DNA of 64,000 bases from positions 1-64,000 of the IMG/VR virus record IMGVR_UViG_3300022752_000036. One strand, 5' to 3'. Of the stretch, positions 8,984 through 18,097 are shown piece by piece. The translations under genes were made by a program, and so were the position numbers. The DNA comes from a virus. The notes under the pieces were generated by a model, which was given only the letters and a program-made list of their open reading frames with translations, was not told the DNA's origin and ran no database searches. Every line of letters begins with the position of its first letter. The stretch's first letter is position 1.

Positions 8984-9193
8984 ACAGTAATAATAGCAAA
9001 TAATTGTAGGTTGTCAATACCTATTTATTATTAATCTTATTTATTTTATCAGTATACCATTTACCAGCATCTAGGCTATTTATCTCTAGACCTTGGGCCT
9101 CAAGTATATTATTTAAGGTTTGAGTATAAAGCTCTACCATCATTTCAAGTCTTACAACCTGCATTTCAAGTAGTCTTAGTCTTTCTGACTTTC

Positions 9194-9583
9194 TCATTCC
9201 ATATCCTCTCTACGATCAATAGGCGTTGGCGCAGTAGCCACGCTCCCACAATTAACACATTCCATATCAAGCATATAATAAGCAATTTGATAATCATCAA
9301 AACTTACTTTTAAATTCCATATATTAGAACCACATGGACAAACATGTGTTGGTGTTCCTCTTATGTCCATAGCATGGTCATAGTTAATTGGTTTAAATTT
9401 AATTACATCTGGCGCAGATGCAAATGCATCTGCTTCTCTTTTAAGTGCTTCTAATTCTTCTTTTTCAAACACTAAAACTTCATAATATTTAAAAAATAAT
9501 TTAATAAATTTAATAGACTTAATTGAATATATAACAATAACTATTGCTATTGCTCCAATAATTCCGTAGATTAAGTTTTCCAT
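9194..9583 (-). CDS. membrane-anchored zinc-ribbon protein
   Basis: N-terminal TM helix; CPCG...CVNCG. Confidence 0.6.
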   Translation of the reverse strand: MENLIYGIIGAIAIVIVIYSIKSIKFIKLFFKYYEVLVFEKEELEALKREADAFASAPDVIKFKPINYDHAMDIRGTPTHVCPCGSNIWNLKVSFDDYQIAYYMLDMECVNCGSVATAPTPIDRREDME

Positions 9584-9584
9584 A

Positions 9585-10139
9585 TTATACCTGTATAAAT
9601 GAATAGGGAGCAGAAACAGCCATATTAAATGTAGCTGCTGCTTCTAGTGCCAATTTCATTCTGACCTTTGGATTCTTTTGATTTTTGGTTGCATAAAGAG
9701 CACCTAATGCTAGGAAAGCTCCGCTTCCTTCTGCCATATAATTAACTATATTCTCTGCTATATGAAAGTCTTCATCCATTGTAAAGATTCTTCCTTGAAC
9801 TCCTATTAGGAATATCCCGCCCTCATCTTCCTGTCCAGATACTTGACTACCATATCCGTGTGCTCTAAAAGCATCTTTAACTGAATCAACAAACTTTGTT
9901 CTCATAAACTTATCTAATCCAGAGTTTGTTTTAGTTGGAGTATATTTTGGTGGAGTCCAGTTGTATTGAAGGATCTGACCCATTCTGAATGAATCTGTAA
10001 ATGCTATTCCGTATTGTCCTACTTTAAAAACTTTAGGATCTTTTCTAGCAAGAATCCATCCAGTCTTATCGTCTGAGGCTGCATGATCAGCCCCCATATA
10101 AACTATCCCATTTTGGGCAATGGCTACAATACAGGTCAT
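9585..10139 (-). CDS. HslV/proteasome-beta-like Ntn hydrolase
   Basis: N-terminal MTCIV (Thr nucleophile), MGAD, PKVF, GSG motifs. Confidence 0.8.
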   Translation of the reverse strand: MTCIVAIAQNGIVYMGADHAASDDKTGWILARKDPKVFKVGQYGIAFTDSFRMGQILQYNWTPPKYTPTKTNSGLDKFMRTKFVDSVKDAFRAHGYGSQVSGQEDEGGIFLIGVQGRIFTMDEDFHIAENIVNYMAEGSGAFLALGALYATKNQKNPKVRMKLALEAAATFNMAVSAPYSFIQV

Positions 10140-10171
10140 GATGTAAGTATACTATTTAAAAATTCGAAAGT

Positions 10172-10462
10172 CTACTGCTTTTTAGGATTTTCAAAATAGA
10201 TCAAACTGTGCTCAAGCTCAGCCTTAACTGAAATTAATTCTTGAATAGTGGAATAATATTTTTGCTTCCACTCGTCTAGTTCTTTTTCTAAGGCATAGAG
10301 CCTAATTTGGCAATCCTTAAGCTCAAGCAAAAGTCTATCGTGTTCACGCTCAGATTTCCTTATACGCTCAATTTTAGCGTCTCTTAAATAGGCTATAAAC
10401 CCAGTTACCAGGGCTCCTAGCAAGGTTGATGAAATGGTAATAATTAGGGTCTGAGTATTCAT
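10172..10462 (-). CDS. membrane protein with coiled coil
   Basis: One N-terminal TM then heptad pattern. Confidence 0.55.
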   Translation of the reverse strand: MNTQTLIITISSTLLGALVTGFIAYLRDAKIERIRKSEREHDRLLLELKDCQIRLYALEKELDEWKQKYYSTIQELISVKAELEHSLIYFENPKKQ

Positions 10463-10490
10463 GATAAACTAATTATACCTGAAAATAAGT

Positions 10491-10727
10491 TTAAACCAAT
10501 AGCTCTGAAGCCTTTATTTCTTCTCCAAGATAACGTCTTTTAACAATAAATTCTTTTACAATGTCTGGCCCAGACTGTCTGCCTGCCAAAATAATTACCC
10601 ATCTTGGCTCATATTTTTGTTCAATGCAGGTTTGACACATAAATAAATTTATTGGCATAACCACAGACTTTTTTAAATTTAATTTGTTCTTAGACTTGTT
10701 ACAAGAATAACACAAAATTTTTTCCAT
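10491..10727 (-). CDS. hypothetical zinc-finger protein
   Basis: CYSC...CQTC. Confidence 0.55.
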   Translation of the reverse strand: MEKILCYSCNKSKNKLNLKKSVVMPINLFMCQTCIEQKYEPRWVIILAGRQSGPDIVKEFIVKRRYLGEEIKASELLV

Positions 10728-10924
10728 TAGTTATCTTCCTCTATATGCTCAAAGACTATTTCGTCCATGACTGTGAATTCATCATTTTCCATAATTTCTT
10801 CTATTTCTTTCCCATCTTTTTCATATTTAACTTTTGAAGCATATGTACCAAGTGCTTCGACTGTTCCGTAAGATCTTTCTTCGTGTATAAATACAACATT
10901 AACTACTTCGTAATATTTTTTCAC
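10727..10924 (-). CDS. hypothetical protein
   Basis: ORF track. Confidence 0.45.
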   Translation of the reverse strand: MKKYYEVVNVVFIHEERSYGTVEALGTYASKVKYEKDGKEIEEIMENDEFTVMDEIVFEHIEEDN

Positions 10925-11225
10925 TAGGTACCCCTTCTAATTCGCATCTTACTCCGTAAGATTCGATTAACTTTTTAACTCTATCAACATAGTCTATAAC
11001 CATTTCTTTTTTGGTTCCTTGATACTGTATAAAATTATCTTCATATAATCTTAAAGCTAAAAAATCTGGGTACTGCACCACATCCAACATAAGGTCTGGA
11101 ACTGGTTTTTTTATTTCACGTACTTTAATTGACATTTCTTTAGTATAAAATACTGGCTTGTTTGGCTCGCCATTCCATAAATTAATTCCGTGTTTAAAAT
11201 GATCTTTATTTCCGATTAATTCCAT
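10899..11225 (-). CDS. hypothetical protein
   Basis: ORF track; overlapping operon packing. Confidence 0.55.
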   Translation of the reverse strand: MELIGNKDHFKHGINLWNGEPNKPVFYTKEMSIKVREIKKPVPDLMLDVVQYPDFLALRLYEDNFIQYQGTKKEMVIDYVDRVKKLIESYGVRCELEGVPSEKILRSS

Positions 11226-11526
11226 TTTTAATCCTAATCATTTTCCAAACCTCTGGAGTTTTATGTATATTTTTCATTTTATCTATCTCTCCGCTATTTA
11301 AATAGATTCCGCCCCATACTCCGTGTTCATTATTTTCTACTGCAGATTCATAACACATTTTTGCAACTGGACAAGATAAGCACATTTCATCTATATTTTT
11401 TGCAATATTTATATCAGACTCATATTTATCATAAAATAAATTAGTATCCATTCCTCTACAAATTGAGAGATGGTACCAATTAAATTCGTCTTTATCTGTT
11501 CCTAATTCATTTAAAATATCTGACAT
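11206..11526 (-). CDS. whiB: WhiB-family transcription factor
   Basis: C-x-...-CLSCPVAKMC...HGVWGG, four-Cys Wbl signature. Confidence 0.9.
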   Translation of the reverse strand: MSDILNELGTDKDEFNWYHLSICRGMDTNLFYDKYESDINIAKNIDEMCLSCPVAKMCYESAVENNEHGVWGGIYLNSGEIDKMKNIHKTPEVWKMIRIKNGINRK

Positions 11527-11740
11527 ATTTAGTTGGTAGCTTCCAAATTCCTTCGTTATTAACAGATACTCTTTCTGCTATACCCCAATTGTCTTTTCTA
11601 TACATGCCTTTTATGCTAGTATATCCGCCAGAATCTTTCTTCCAAATCATTAGATCATAGTTATCCCAAAACGATTCTTGTCTATTTGTTTGTGATTTTT
11701 TTATAAAAACCTCAACACCTTTTAATGTGAGATTTAGCAT
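11507..11740 (-). CDS. hypothetical protein, first gene of whiB operon
   Basis: ORF track; SD and promoter upstream. Confidence 0.6.
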   Translation of the reverse strand: MLNLTLKGVEVFIKKSQTNRQESFWDNYDLMIWKKDSGGYTSIKGMYRKDNWGIAERVSVNNEGIWKLPTKYVRYFK

Positions 11741-11835
11741 TTTATTCCTTGTCTAGTATGTCCGCCTAAACAGTGGTTATAAACCAGGGCCGAAGCCTTA
11801 TGTATATTATACAGTAATAGCAACGGCCCTGTCAA
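11741..11835 (-). promoter_or_regulatory. promoter plus structured 5' leader of whiB operon
   Basis: TTGACA (11830-11835)-18-TATAAT (11806-11811); leader hairpins GGC-UUCG-GCC, UGGUU/AACCA, UGUUUAG/CUAGACA. Confidence 0.65.
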
Positions 11836-11953
11836 TCAAATTTCTATATTATCTTCTGGAATTTTTAATTCCTCTATTTCTTTATCTATATCTAATATAG
11901 TTGGATCCTCAATTAGTCCCTTAAACATGGACCTTAGTGTTTCTATATTTACT

Positions 11954-12745
11954 TTATTTTCTTCCATTTTTAGGGATTAATGTTTGTGGGCCTTCTGTGC
12001 CAAATATGGATTTTTTAATTGGAACGCAATTTGGAACTCGCTTCCCATTTTTTTCTTTCATTCCTACTTGCTTATAGCCTGACCAGCATGCCTTTTGCAT
12101 GTTATCCCATTTATCTTCATCTTCGTTATCTGATTGATATCTTTTAGAAATTTCCTCATCACTGTCTTCTGCATCATCTTTACACTCTGGACAATCTTTA
12201 CAAGATATATTCTTTTCTTTACACATTTCACAGCCGCAATCCTCATACTGCTTGTGCATTTCTTTTTCCTTTTTTTCTTCTTCTGAAGTTTCGTCTTTTT
12301 CTTTTCCTTTAGATACAAGTTCATCATCTGGAATTTCAATAACAGTATCAATTGGATTAATTATATCTTCAAGAATGTCTTTAATTTCTTCAACAATTTC
12401 ATTAGCCTCTATAGACTTTTTCATATTCTTCTCTCTTTCAACGATCTTTCTTGACCATGAAAATCCTGCATCTCCGCCCCATGCAAGCCACATGATCTTA
12501 CCATTTGATGGATTTTCTGAGTTATTCCAGTCTTTACCTTTTTTATCAACTTCATGGCGTGAGAAAAATGAATACATACGCTTTACAGTAGACAAACTAA
12601 GTGTTTCTCCTCTAGCTAACTGTCCTGCTCTTGTCCAGCCTACTGCAGTTCCAGCACCTTTTGCTTTGCCCTGTTCTTTTAGTTTAATAGCACGACGTGC
12701 TGCTGATTGCATGCCTGCTGTAGGCTTATATCCTTCTTTTGCCAT
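11954..12745 (-). CDS. multi-domain hypothetical protein (GGDAG domain, Cys cluster, CWxGY...PNCV motif)
   Basis: RMYSFFSRH, WLAWGGDAG; CGCEMC/CKDCPEC; CWSGYKQVGMKEKNGKRVPNCVP. Confidence 0.6.
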   Translation of the reverse strand: MAKEGYKPTAGMQSAARRAIKLKEQGKAKGAGTAVGWTRAGQLARGETLSLSTVKRMYSFFSRHEVDKKGKDWNNSENPSNGKIMWLAWGGDAGFSWSRKIVEREKNMKKSIEANEIVEEIKDILEDIINPIDTVIEIPDDELVSKGKEKDETSEEEKKEKEMHKQYEDCGCEMCKEKNISCKDCPECKDDAEDSDEEISKRYQSDNEDEDKWDNMQKACWSGYKQVGMKEKNGKRVPNCVPIKKSIFGTEGPQTLIPKNGRK

Positions 12746-12890
12746 TATTTCTCCTTTATGTCCACTATTTTTATTCGCAGTATTTCTTCATCTAGTCCAT
12801 AAATATCTGTTATATAATCTCTTGCATCCTCTTCGCTGTATGCCAAAATTTCTGCATCGACTTCTAATTTAACCTTATAGGTATTCATTA

Positions 12891-13496
12891 TTATTTACCA
12901 CAGGTTGGGCACTTTCCTTTTGTTGAATTTGTCTTAGTGCCAGCATTTCCATCAGATTTAAACTTAGGACGACCAAATCCTACAATTGAAACTTGTACAT
13001 TCTTTTTATTTTTCTTAAATGCACGAAGCTTTTTGCAACATTCTCCACCGTTTCTTTGACTTCCTTTTTTACCGTCTCCAGTAGTGTTGCCTTCAATGCA
13101 CCAGACAGTTCCGTCTTCATTGTCTTCAATAACAATTCCTACATGAGAAATTCTATCTGCACCGTCATTTGGAAAATCAAAATAAGCAATGTCACCTGGT
13201 TCTGGATCAGCTAAATCTCCATCAATCCATGCTCCAGCTTTCTTAAAAGCAGCAGCTCCAGATGGAGTAAATACTGTATTAGGTATTTTTACTTCAGCTT
13301 CATTTGCACACCAATTTACAAAACTGCCACACCAAGGCTGAAAATTAGCTTTTGTGTAAGCTCCATATTTTGTTTCGTTATCTTTTGGACCTTCAATGTA
13401 GCCAACTTGTGATTTAGCTACCTGAATAAGACGAGCAACGCTACCTGCTGGTGCTTTATCTGTTGCCGCTGGAACTGGAAAATCGTTAGTTGTCAT
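12891..13496 (-). CDS. CHAP-domain endolysin
   Basis: QPWCGSFV (catalytic Cys), SHVGIV (His), IEGNT. Confidence 0.85.
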   Translation of the reverse strand: MTTNDFPVPAATDKAPAGSVARLIQVAKSQVGYIEGPKDNETKYGAYTKANFQPWCGSFVNWCANEAEVKIPNTVFTPSGAAAFKKAGAWIDGDLADPEPGDIAYFDFPNDGADRISHVGIVIEDNEDGTVWCIEGNTTGDGKKGSQRNGGECCKKLRAFKKNKKNVQVSIVGFGRPKFKSDGNAGTKTNSTKGKCPTCGK

Positions 13497-13922
13497 TTAT
13501 TTATCCTTATCCCAATTAGAATCGATATCGTGTTCTGCTGGAACTGCTCCGTCTGGTTTTGCTTCAAGACGTGCACGAATTTCCATTTCAGATGTTCTAA
13601 TTTCTGATTCAAGCTTTTTGTCTGCCTGTGTATTCTTAGCATCCATTTCTTTGTTATCAAGTTGTGCCTTCATAATATCTTTAGCACCTGATTGTCCAAT
13701 TAATAGACCCGCCAAAGTTCCTGTAATAAATGTTGCAACGCTACCTAAAACATTGAAAAACATTTTATCGTTTTCTGATTGTGCTCCAACTGGTTGCGTA
13801 ACAAATAGTAGTCCGTACAAAATTCCAATAGTTGTAAGGAATAAAATTGAACCTAATGTAATACCCAATAAAAATTTTAATCTAGCATCTAGATCTTGAG
13901 GGGTTAATCTTTCTTTAGCCAT
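13497..13922 (-). CDS. holin-like membrane protein
   Basis: Two TM segments, charged C-terminus, immediately upstream of endolysin. Confidence 0.6.
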   Translation of the reverse strand: MAKERLTPQDLDARLKFLLGITLGSILFLTTIGILYGLLFVTQPVGAQSENDKMFFNVLGSVATFITGTLAGLLIGQSGAKDIMKAQLDNKEMDAKNTQADKKLESEIRTSEMEIRARLEAKPDGAVPAEHDIDSNWDKDK

Positions 13923-14136
13923 TTTTTACCTTTGATTTCTGATATTCATCCCATGTAGTTTTTCCTACTAGATCCCGTGAGCATGTTCCTGTTGGCTCAC
14001 AAATTGGAGGATTGCATTCTGTTTTATCCCAATTTGCTGAATCTTGGCAAGGATAGCGATAGCTGCCTTGATACCCACAAGATGTGAGGGTAACGGCTAA
14101 CATCAAACTTGCCAATGAGGCTTTGATTTTTCTCAT
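13915..14136 (-). CDS. small lipoprotein
   Basis: Signal peptide with lipobox LTSC; four further Cys; leaderless promoter TGcTATAAT at 14143-14151. Confidence 0.65.
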   Translation of the reverse strand: MRKIKASLASLMLAVTLTSCGYQGSYRYPCQDSANWDKTECNPPICEPTGTCSRDLVGKTTWDEYQKSKVKNG

Positions 14137-14152
14137 ACCTCTATTATAGCAT

Positions 14153-14350
14153 TTAGTCTTCTTCTTTTCGAAGTGGTATTGTAATAAGCCATATAATAGT
14201 GGCTAAAATAGTAGCTATTCCAACTACGTCTTGGGCTGTTCCTGTAAGGGTAAGCCAAGCAATAAAGAATCCAAGAAGGGTCCAAACTTGGGCTATACTC
14301 TCCTTAACGGCTTCCCAAATCCAATTTATAAAGCCTTTAATTATTTTCAT
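14153..14350 (-). CDS. small two-TM membrane protein
   Basis: Hydrophobic ORF coupled to PA14 gene. Confidence 0.6.
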   Translation of the reverse strand: MKIIKGFINWIWEAVKESIAQVWTLLGFFIAWLTLTGTAQDVVGIATILATIIWLITIPLRKEED

Positions 14351-16353
14351 TATGTCCTCCTTGTCATGGCTGCTGCCACAATATTCGCTGCAATAACTAC
14401 TGGCACAATTACTTCTTGTGCCTTCTCTCTTTGGTCATCAGTCATATCTGAGCCCCAATTTGAAATATCAAATAATTTATCTAAATCTATACTTGTTAAT
14501 GCCCCTATAGGATCTGCCAAAAATGCTTCTGTGGCTACTTCAGTTGTAGCATCTGCCAATGTATAAGGCATTGGAGCATTTACATTTTCTTTAATTCTAT
14601 CACCAAATTCTTCAAGGGCTTTTGCAACTGTTGGTTCTGATGCTGCTAATGCTGCGACCTTTGCTAATTCTGATGTTTTAATTCCAAGACCTTGTGCTAC
14701 CGCCGCCTTTTGCTCTGGACTTAATTTAGTTAATGTATCTTTGCTTGTTAAATCTGCAATTAGGTTTGCCGTCTCTTCTGTGATAGTATTAGCTTGTGAT
14801 GGTTTTGGAGAAGGTTGAGCAGGAGTTGGCTCTGGTTCAGGAGTTGGCTCTGGATCTATATCCGATGGCAGAGGTGAAGGCTTTGGTGAAGGCTCAACAG
14901 TGGGCTCTGGATCAACAGTTGGTTCTGGCTTCGGTTCATCTGTGGTATCAGAACTTGGCTCTGGAGTGGGATCGACTGGTTGCGTTTGCTCAGGTGATGG
15001 CTTTGGAGAAGGTTCAGGCGTAGGATTAACTGTTGCATCTGGTGTTGGCTGTGGTTGATTTGCCATAGCTGCCGCAATTGCTGCTTGAACCCTCTGTTGT
15101 TCTTCTATTTGCCAAGTAGAGTTATATGAATCCCAAGCATTATCTATTGCATCATTCATATCTATTATTGCTTGATCATAGGCCGCAATTGCATTATTTT
15201 TATCTGTTAATGCTGTGGCGGTATTAGAAACTGCAGTATCATATGCAGTAGTCTTTATGGCTAATGTTTGATTATGTGTATTTAATGTAGATACAGCAGA
15301 ATTATAAACAGATAATTTATCATTACGTACTTCTAGTTTAGTATTATAATCTGTTTGTGCCGCCGCCTGTGCTGTTACTGCGGCATTATATGCATCTATT
15401 TGCTGCTGTGTAGGAGCGGATCCAGAAGAAAATGTATTAAGATTGCAACTAAAGTTTTGTCCCCATACTCTTGGATTTCCAGCAAAGTCGCATCCTGCGC
15501 CAGTCCATCCTCCAGGAATAGCCCACCCAAGATGGTATGATCCTGGGCCACCGCCGTTATACCACCAAATTTCTACATCTAATGTTTTATCTTCGCTAAC
15601 ATCATATACTGGAGAATATGCACTCCATGTTGCGCCTTGCTCCCGCCAGTTGTTCACAGCCAATTGACCATTCACATACATTCTAAATCCATCATCTGTA
15701 TATCCTGCAAAATATGTTGTTGTAAACCAAGACGGAACTGTAATTACACCAGTAAATTTAACAACAAAATTTTCATATCTATTGCCGCAAACAGGCAATT
15801 GCATTGAGTTTGAATTCCATGTACCAGTACACAAAATTTGATTAGGGGTAGCGCCTTGTGATGTTCTAATTAAACTATATACAGTATATTGTAGTCCTGC
15901 ACTGCCAGCATTATTTACTGCTGCTTGCGCTGTTTGAAGATTTGTATTGGCTGTTGCAAGATTAACTGTTGCTATATCTAGCTCATCTTGAGCATTGTTT
16001 TTATTTGTTAATGCAGTTGCAACTGTTACCGTTTGACCATCTACTGCAGATTGAGCTAAAGTTTTTTCAGACAAGGCTGTTGCCTCAGCTTGAACGGCAG
16101 CATCATAAGCAGCTATTTTATTATCTCTATTTGTCTTTGCAGCAACTGCTGTATCATACTTAGATTCTGCTATATCTATTAAATCTTGTGTGGCCTGTTC
16201 TTCATTAAGTCTGCCGACTTTTTCATTTAATTCGGCTATCTCTTGAGCGGCTATACTTAATGGATCATCGCTATAAGAAGCGGGTGTAATAAATAGCCAA
16301 CCAAACCCTAAAATGGCGGCTAATGACAATCTCCATACTTTAGTCCTAGTCAA
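14350..16353 (-). CDS. PA14-domain surface protein (signal peptide, coiled coils, Pro-rich linker, C-terminal hydrophobic anchor)
   Basis: ENFVVKFTG...TDDGFRMYVNGQ...WYNGGG PA14 motifs; (PEP/PSP)n repeats; C-terminal VIVPVVIAANIVAAAM. Confidence 0.8.
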   Translation of the reverse strand: MTRTKVWRLSLAAILGFGWLFITPASYSDDPLSIAAQEIAELNEKVGRLNEEQATQDLIDIAESKYDTAVAAKTNRDNKIAAYDAAVQAEATALSEKTLAQSAVDGQTVTVATALTNKNNAQDELDIATVNLATANTNLQTAQAAVNNAGSAGLQYTVYSLIRTSQGATPNQILCTGTWNSNSMQLPVCGNRYENFVVKFTGVITVPSWFTTTYFAGYTDDGFRMYVNGQLAVNNWREQGATWSAYSPVYDVSEDKTLDVEIWWYNGGGPGSYHLGWAIPGGWTGAGCDFAGNPRVWGQNFSCNLNTFSSGSAPTQQQIDAYNAAVTAQAAAQTDYNTKLEVRNDKLSVYNSAVSTLNTHNQTLAIKTTAYDTAVSNTATALTDKNNAIAAYDQAIIDMNDAIDNAWDSYNSTWQIEEQQRVQAAIAAAMANQPQPTPDATVNPTPEPSPKPSPEQTQPVDPTPEPSSDTTDEPKPEPTVDPEPTVEPSPKPSPLPSDIDPEPTPEPEPTPAQPSPKPSQANTITEETANLIADLTSKDTLTKLSPEQKAAVAQGLGIKTSELAKVAALAASEPTVAKALEEFGDRIKENVNAPMPYTLADATTEVATEAFLADPIGALTSIDLDKLFDISNWGSDMTDDQREKAQEVIVPVVIAANIVAAAMTRRT

Positions 16354-16404
16354 CTATAACTCCTAAACAAACGATTTGCTTGTTTAGTTAATTATATCAT
16401 TGAA

Positions 16405-16587
16405 CTATTTAGGATTATCAGTCTTATAAAACCCACTACCTTTAAACTGAATTCCAAAAGAACCATACTGTTTTATCATTGCTGCACCACATTTTTCACA
16501 AAGCTCTGTCATTGTTGCTTCATTTATTGGCTTGTTAACTTCTTTAGTATGTTCACATATAATACATTTATAATCGTATGAAGGCAT
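16405..16587 (-). CDS. FmdB-family zinc ribbon protein
   Basis: MPSYDYKC..C...CEKCG...GIQFKGSGFYKTD. Confidence 0.85.
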   Translation of the reverse strand: MPSYDYKCIICEHTKEVNKPINEATMTELCEKCGAAMIKQYGSFGIQFKGSGFYKTDNPK

Positions 16588-17594
16588 TACTTTTCCAATC
16601 TATGATATGATTCTTTAAGGCTTGCACTTGAAACTTTAATAAATTCAGCTTCTTTAGCAAGATCAGAAAGATGTTTTACTCCTCCGTAAGAACATCCACT
16701 TGATATTGAATTCTTTATATTACTTAATGTTTCAACTACGCTTCCTTTAATTGAAACCTTACCCTCTTCTCCCTCTTTATATGGATTTTTAATGCCCATA
16801 TCAATTTGAAGATTTTCTGAAGCCAGTCCTCTGAATGCTCCAGGTTCTCCATCGCACTCTATATGTCCAGCAAATATTGATCCCATCATTACGGCGCTAG
16901 CTCCAGCAGCAAAAGCCTTTACGATATCGCCATTATTTTTAATTCCGCCATCCGCAACAATTCCATTTACACTATCATCTTTAACTCTTTTATATATATC
17001 AATTATAGATGCCAATGCTGGAACTCCAAATCCAGTATTTACTCTTGTCATACAAGCTGCTCCGCCGCCAATTCCAACTCTAACTGAATCAGCTCCAGCA
17101 TCCATCAAATTTTTATATGCACCGTATGAAGATACATTTCCAATCATTATATGAACGTCATCTGGAACAATAGATCTCAATCGTTTGACTGCATTAATTG
17201 CTTCATTTGTGTGTCCAAAAGCTGTGTCTATCAGTATTGTATTTACATGATTTTCCAATAAATATTCTACATACTTTACGGTTGAACAGTCGCTTATATT
17301 AATTGATACGCCAGCATTATTTTTTAACAATTCTATTTGTCTATGCTTTGATGATATGCTTTGATGTCTCTGAACAAAACCTAATCCGCCTTTATAAAAT
17401 ATAGATTTTAACATTTCTGTACTACTAATATATTCCATAGGAGCAATCATTACTGGTAAAGAAAATTTTTTCCATGCTTTAGGATTATTTGGATTTCCTA
17501 AGATCATAGTAGTATCAACCAATGATCTACTTTCAACATTACTATTGTCAGAAGGTACTAGCAGAACATCATCATAACATAATGATTCTTGCAT
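16587..17594 (-). CDS. IMP dehydrogenase/GMP reductase family protein (no CBS domain)
   Basis: YDDVLL.P, IDTAFGH, RVGIGGGAACMTR (catalytic Cys), ADGGI..GDI.KA, MMGS.FAG. Confidence 0.9.
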   Translation of the reverse strand: MQESLCYDDVLLVPSDNSNVESRSLVDTTMILGNPNNPKAWKKFSLPVMIAPMEYISSTEMLKSIFYKGGLGFVQRHQSISSKHRQIELLKNNAGVSINISDCSTVKYVEYLLENHVNTILIDTAFGHTNEAINAVKRLRSIVPDDVHIMIGNVSSYGAYKNLMDAGADSVRVGIGGGAACMTRVNTGFGVPALASIIDIYKRVKDDSVNGIVADGGIKNNGDIVKAFAAGASAVMMGSIFAGHIECDGEPGAFRGLASENLQIDMGIKNPYKEGEEGKVSIKGSVVETLSNIKNSISSGCSYGGVKHLSDLAKEAEFIKVSSASLKESYHRLEK

Positions 17595-18001
17595 TACTTG
17601 CCGCTTTGTTTTCTCTTTTCAGCCAAGATTGCAAAATCTTTGATCTTGGTTTCTCCCATATAGCTCCATGCGTATCCGTCTTCAATCATCTGTTCATTAA
17701 TGGATTTTGTTGCACCATTAATATATACCCATCCTAAAATTCTTCCATACTTTTCAGAAGAATCTGGTAGTTCTGTTTTAATAACTATATCAGATGCATC
17801 TTTTAGTTTTGACTTAACATATTCTTTTGCTTCAAGACCCAATGTTTTTTCAAATTTATCCTTGGTACGTGATTCTGGAGTGTCAATACCAGCAAGGCGT
17901 ACTCGCTGGGAATAGGAAACATTAAATCCAAGGTCGATGTCGACATCAATAGTGTCTCCATCTACAACTCCTACAAGCTTTTTTACACGATACTCGTACA
18001 T
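17594..18001 (-). CDS. staphylococcal nuclease (thermonuclease) homolog
   Basis: VVDGDTI, RVRLAGIDTPE, KYGRILG motifs; start re-assigned to ATG at 18001 with SD AGGAG at 18006-18010. Confidence 0.9.
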   Translation of the reverse strand: MYEYRVKKLVGVVDGDTIDVDIDLGFNVSYSQRVRLAGIDTPESRTKDKFEKTLGLEAKEYVKSKLKDASDIVIKTELPDSSEKYGRILGWVYINGATKSINEQMIEDGYAWSYMGETKIKDFAILAEKRKQSGK

Positions 18002-18018
18002 TATTCTCCTAATTTTAA

Positions 18019-18097
18019 TGAGCAGTTTAGCCGCATGCTCAGGCGGATCCTGGGCAGCGATGCCCAAATCTGCGACTCCCCGATGAAAGGGTGCAGA
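18019..18097 (-). ncRNA. putative structured RNA (multi-stem plus H-type pseudoknot), family unknown
   Basis: GC-rich island in AT-rich intergenic DNA right after a TATAAT box (18103-18108); stems UCUGC/GCAGA, CCCU/GGGG, UGGGCA/UGCCCA, CCGC/GCGG with loop UGAGCA pairing to UGCUCA. Confidence 0.65.

Noticed and set aside
14790-15060. Tandem DNA repeats
   Set aside because: Explained by Pro-Glu/Pro-Ser linker coding; the same applies to repeats at 4530-4620 and 63900-64000.
18002-18067. N-terminal extension of the nuclease ORF from a TTG at 18067
   Set aside because: No SD there; a clear AGGAG precedes the ATG at 18001, where the SNase fold begins, and the extension coincides with the structured RNA.
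18019-18097. ZMP/ZTP or SAH riboswitch identity for the structured RNA
   Set aside because: Fragments (CAUCGGGGAG, CGCCUGAGCA) look similar, but the 5' GACUGGCG pairing partner of ZTP and the SAH core are absent and the pseudoknot topology differs.
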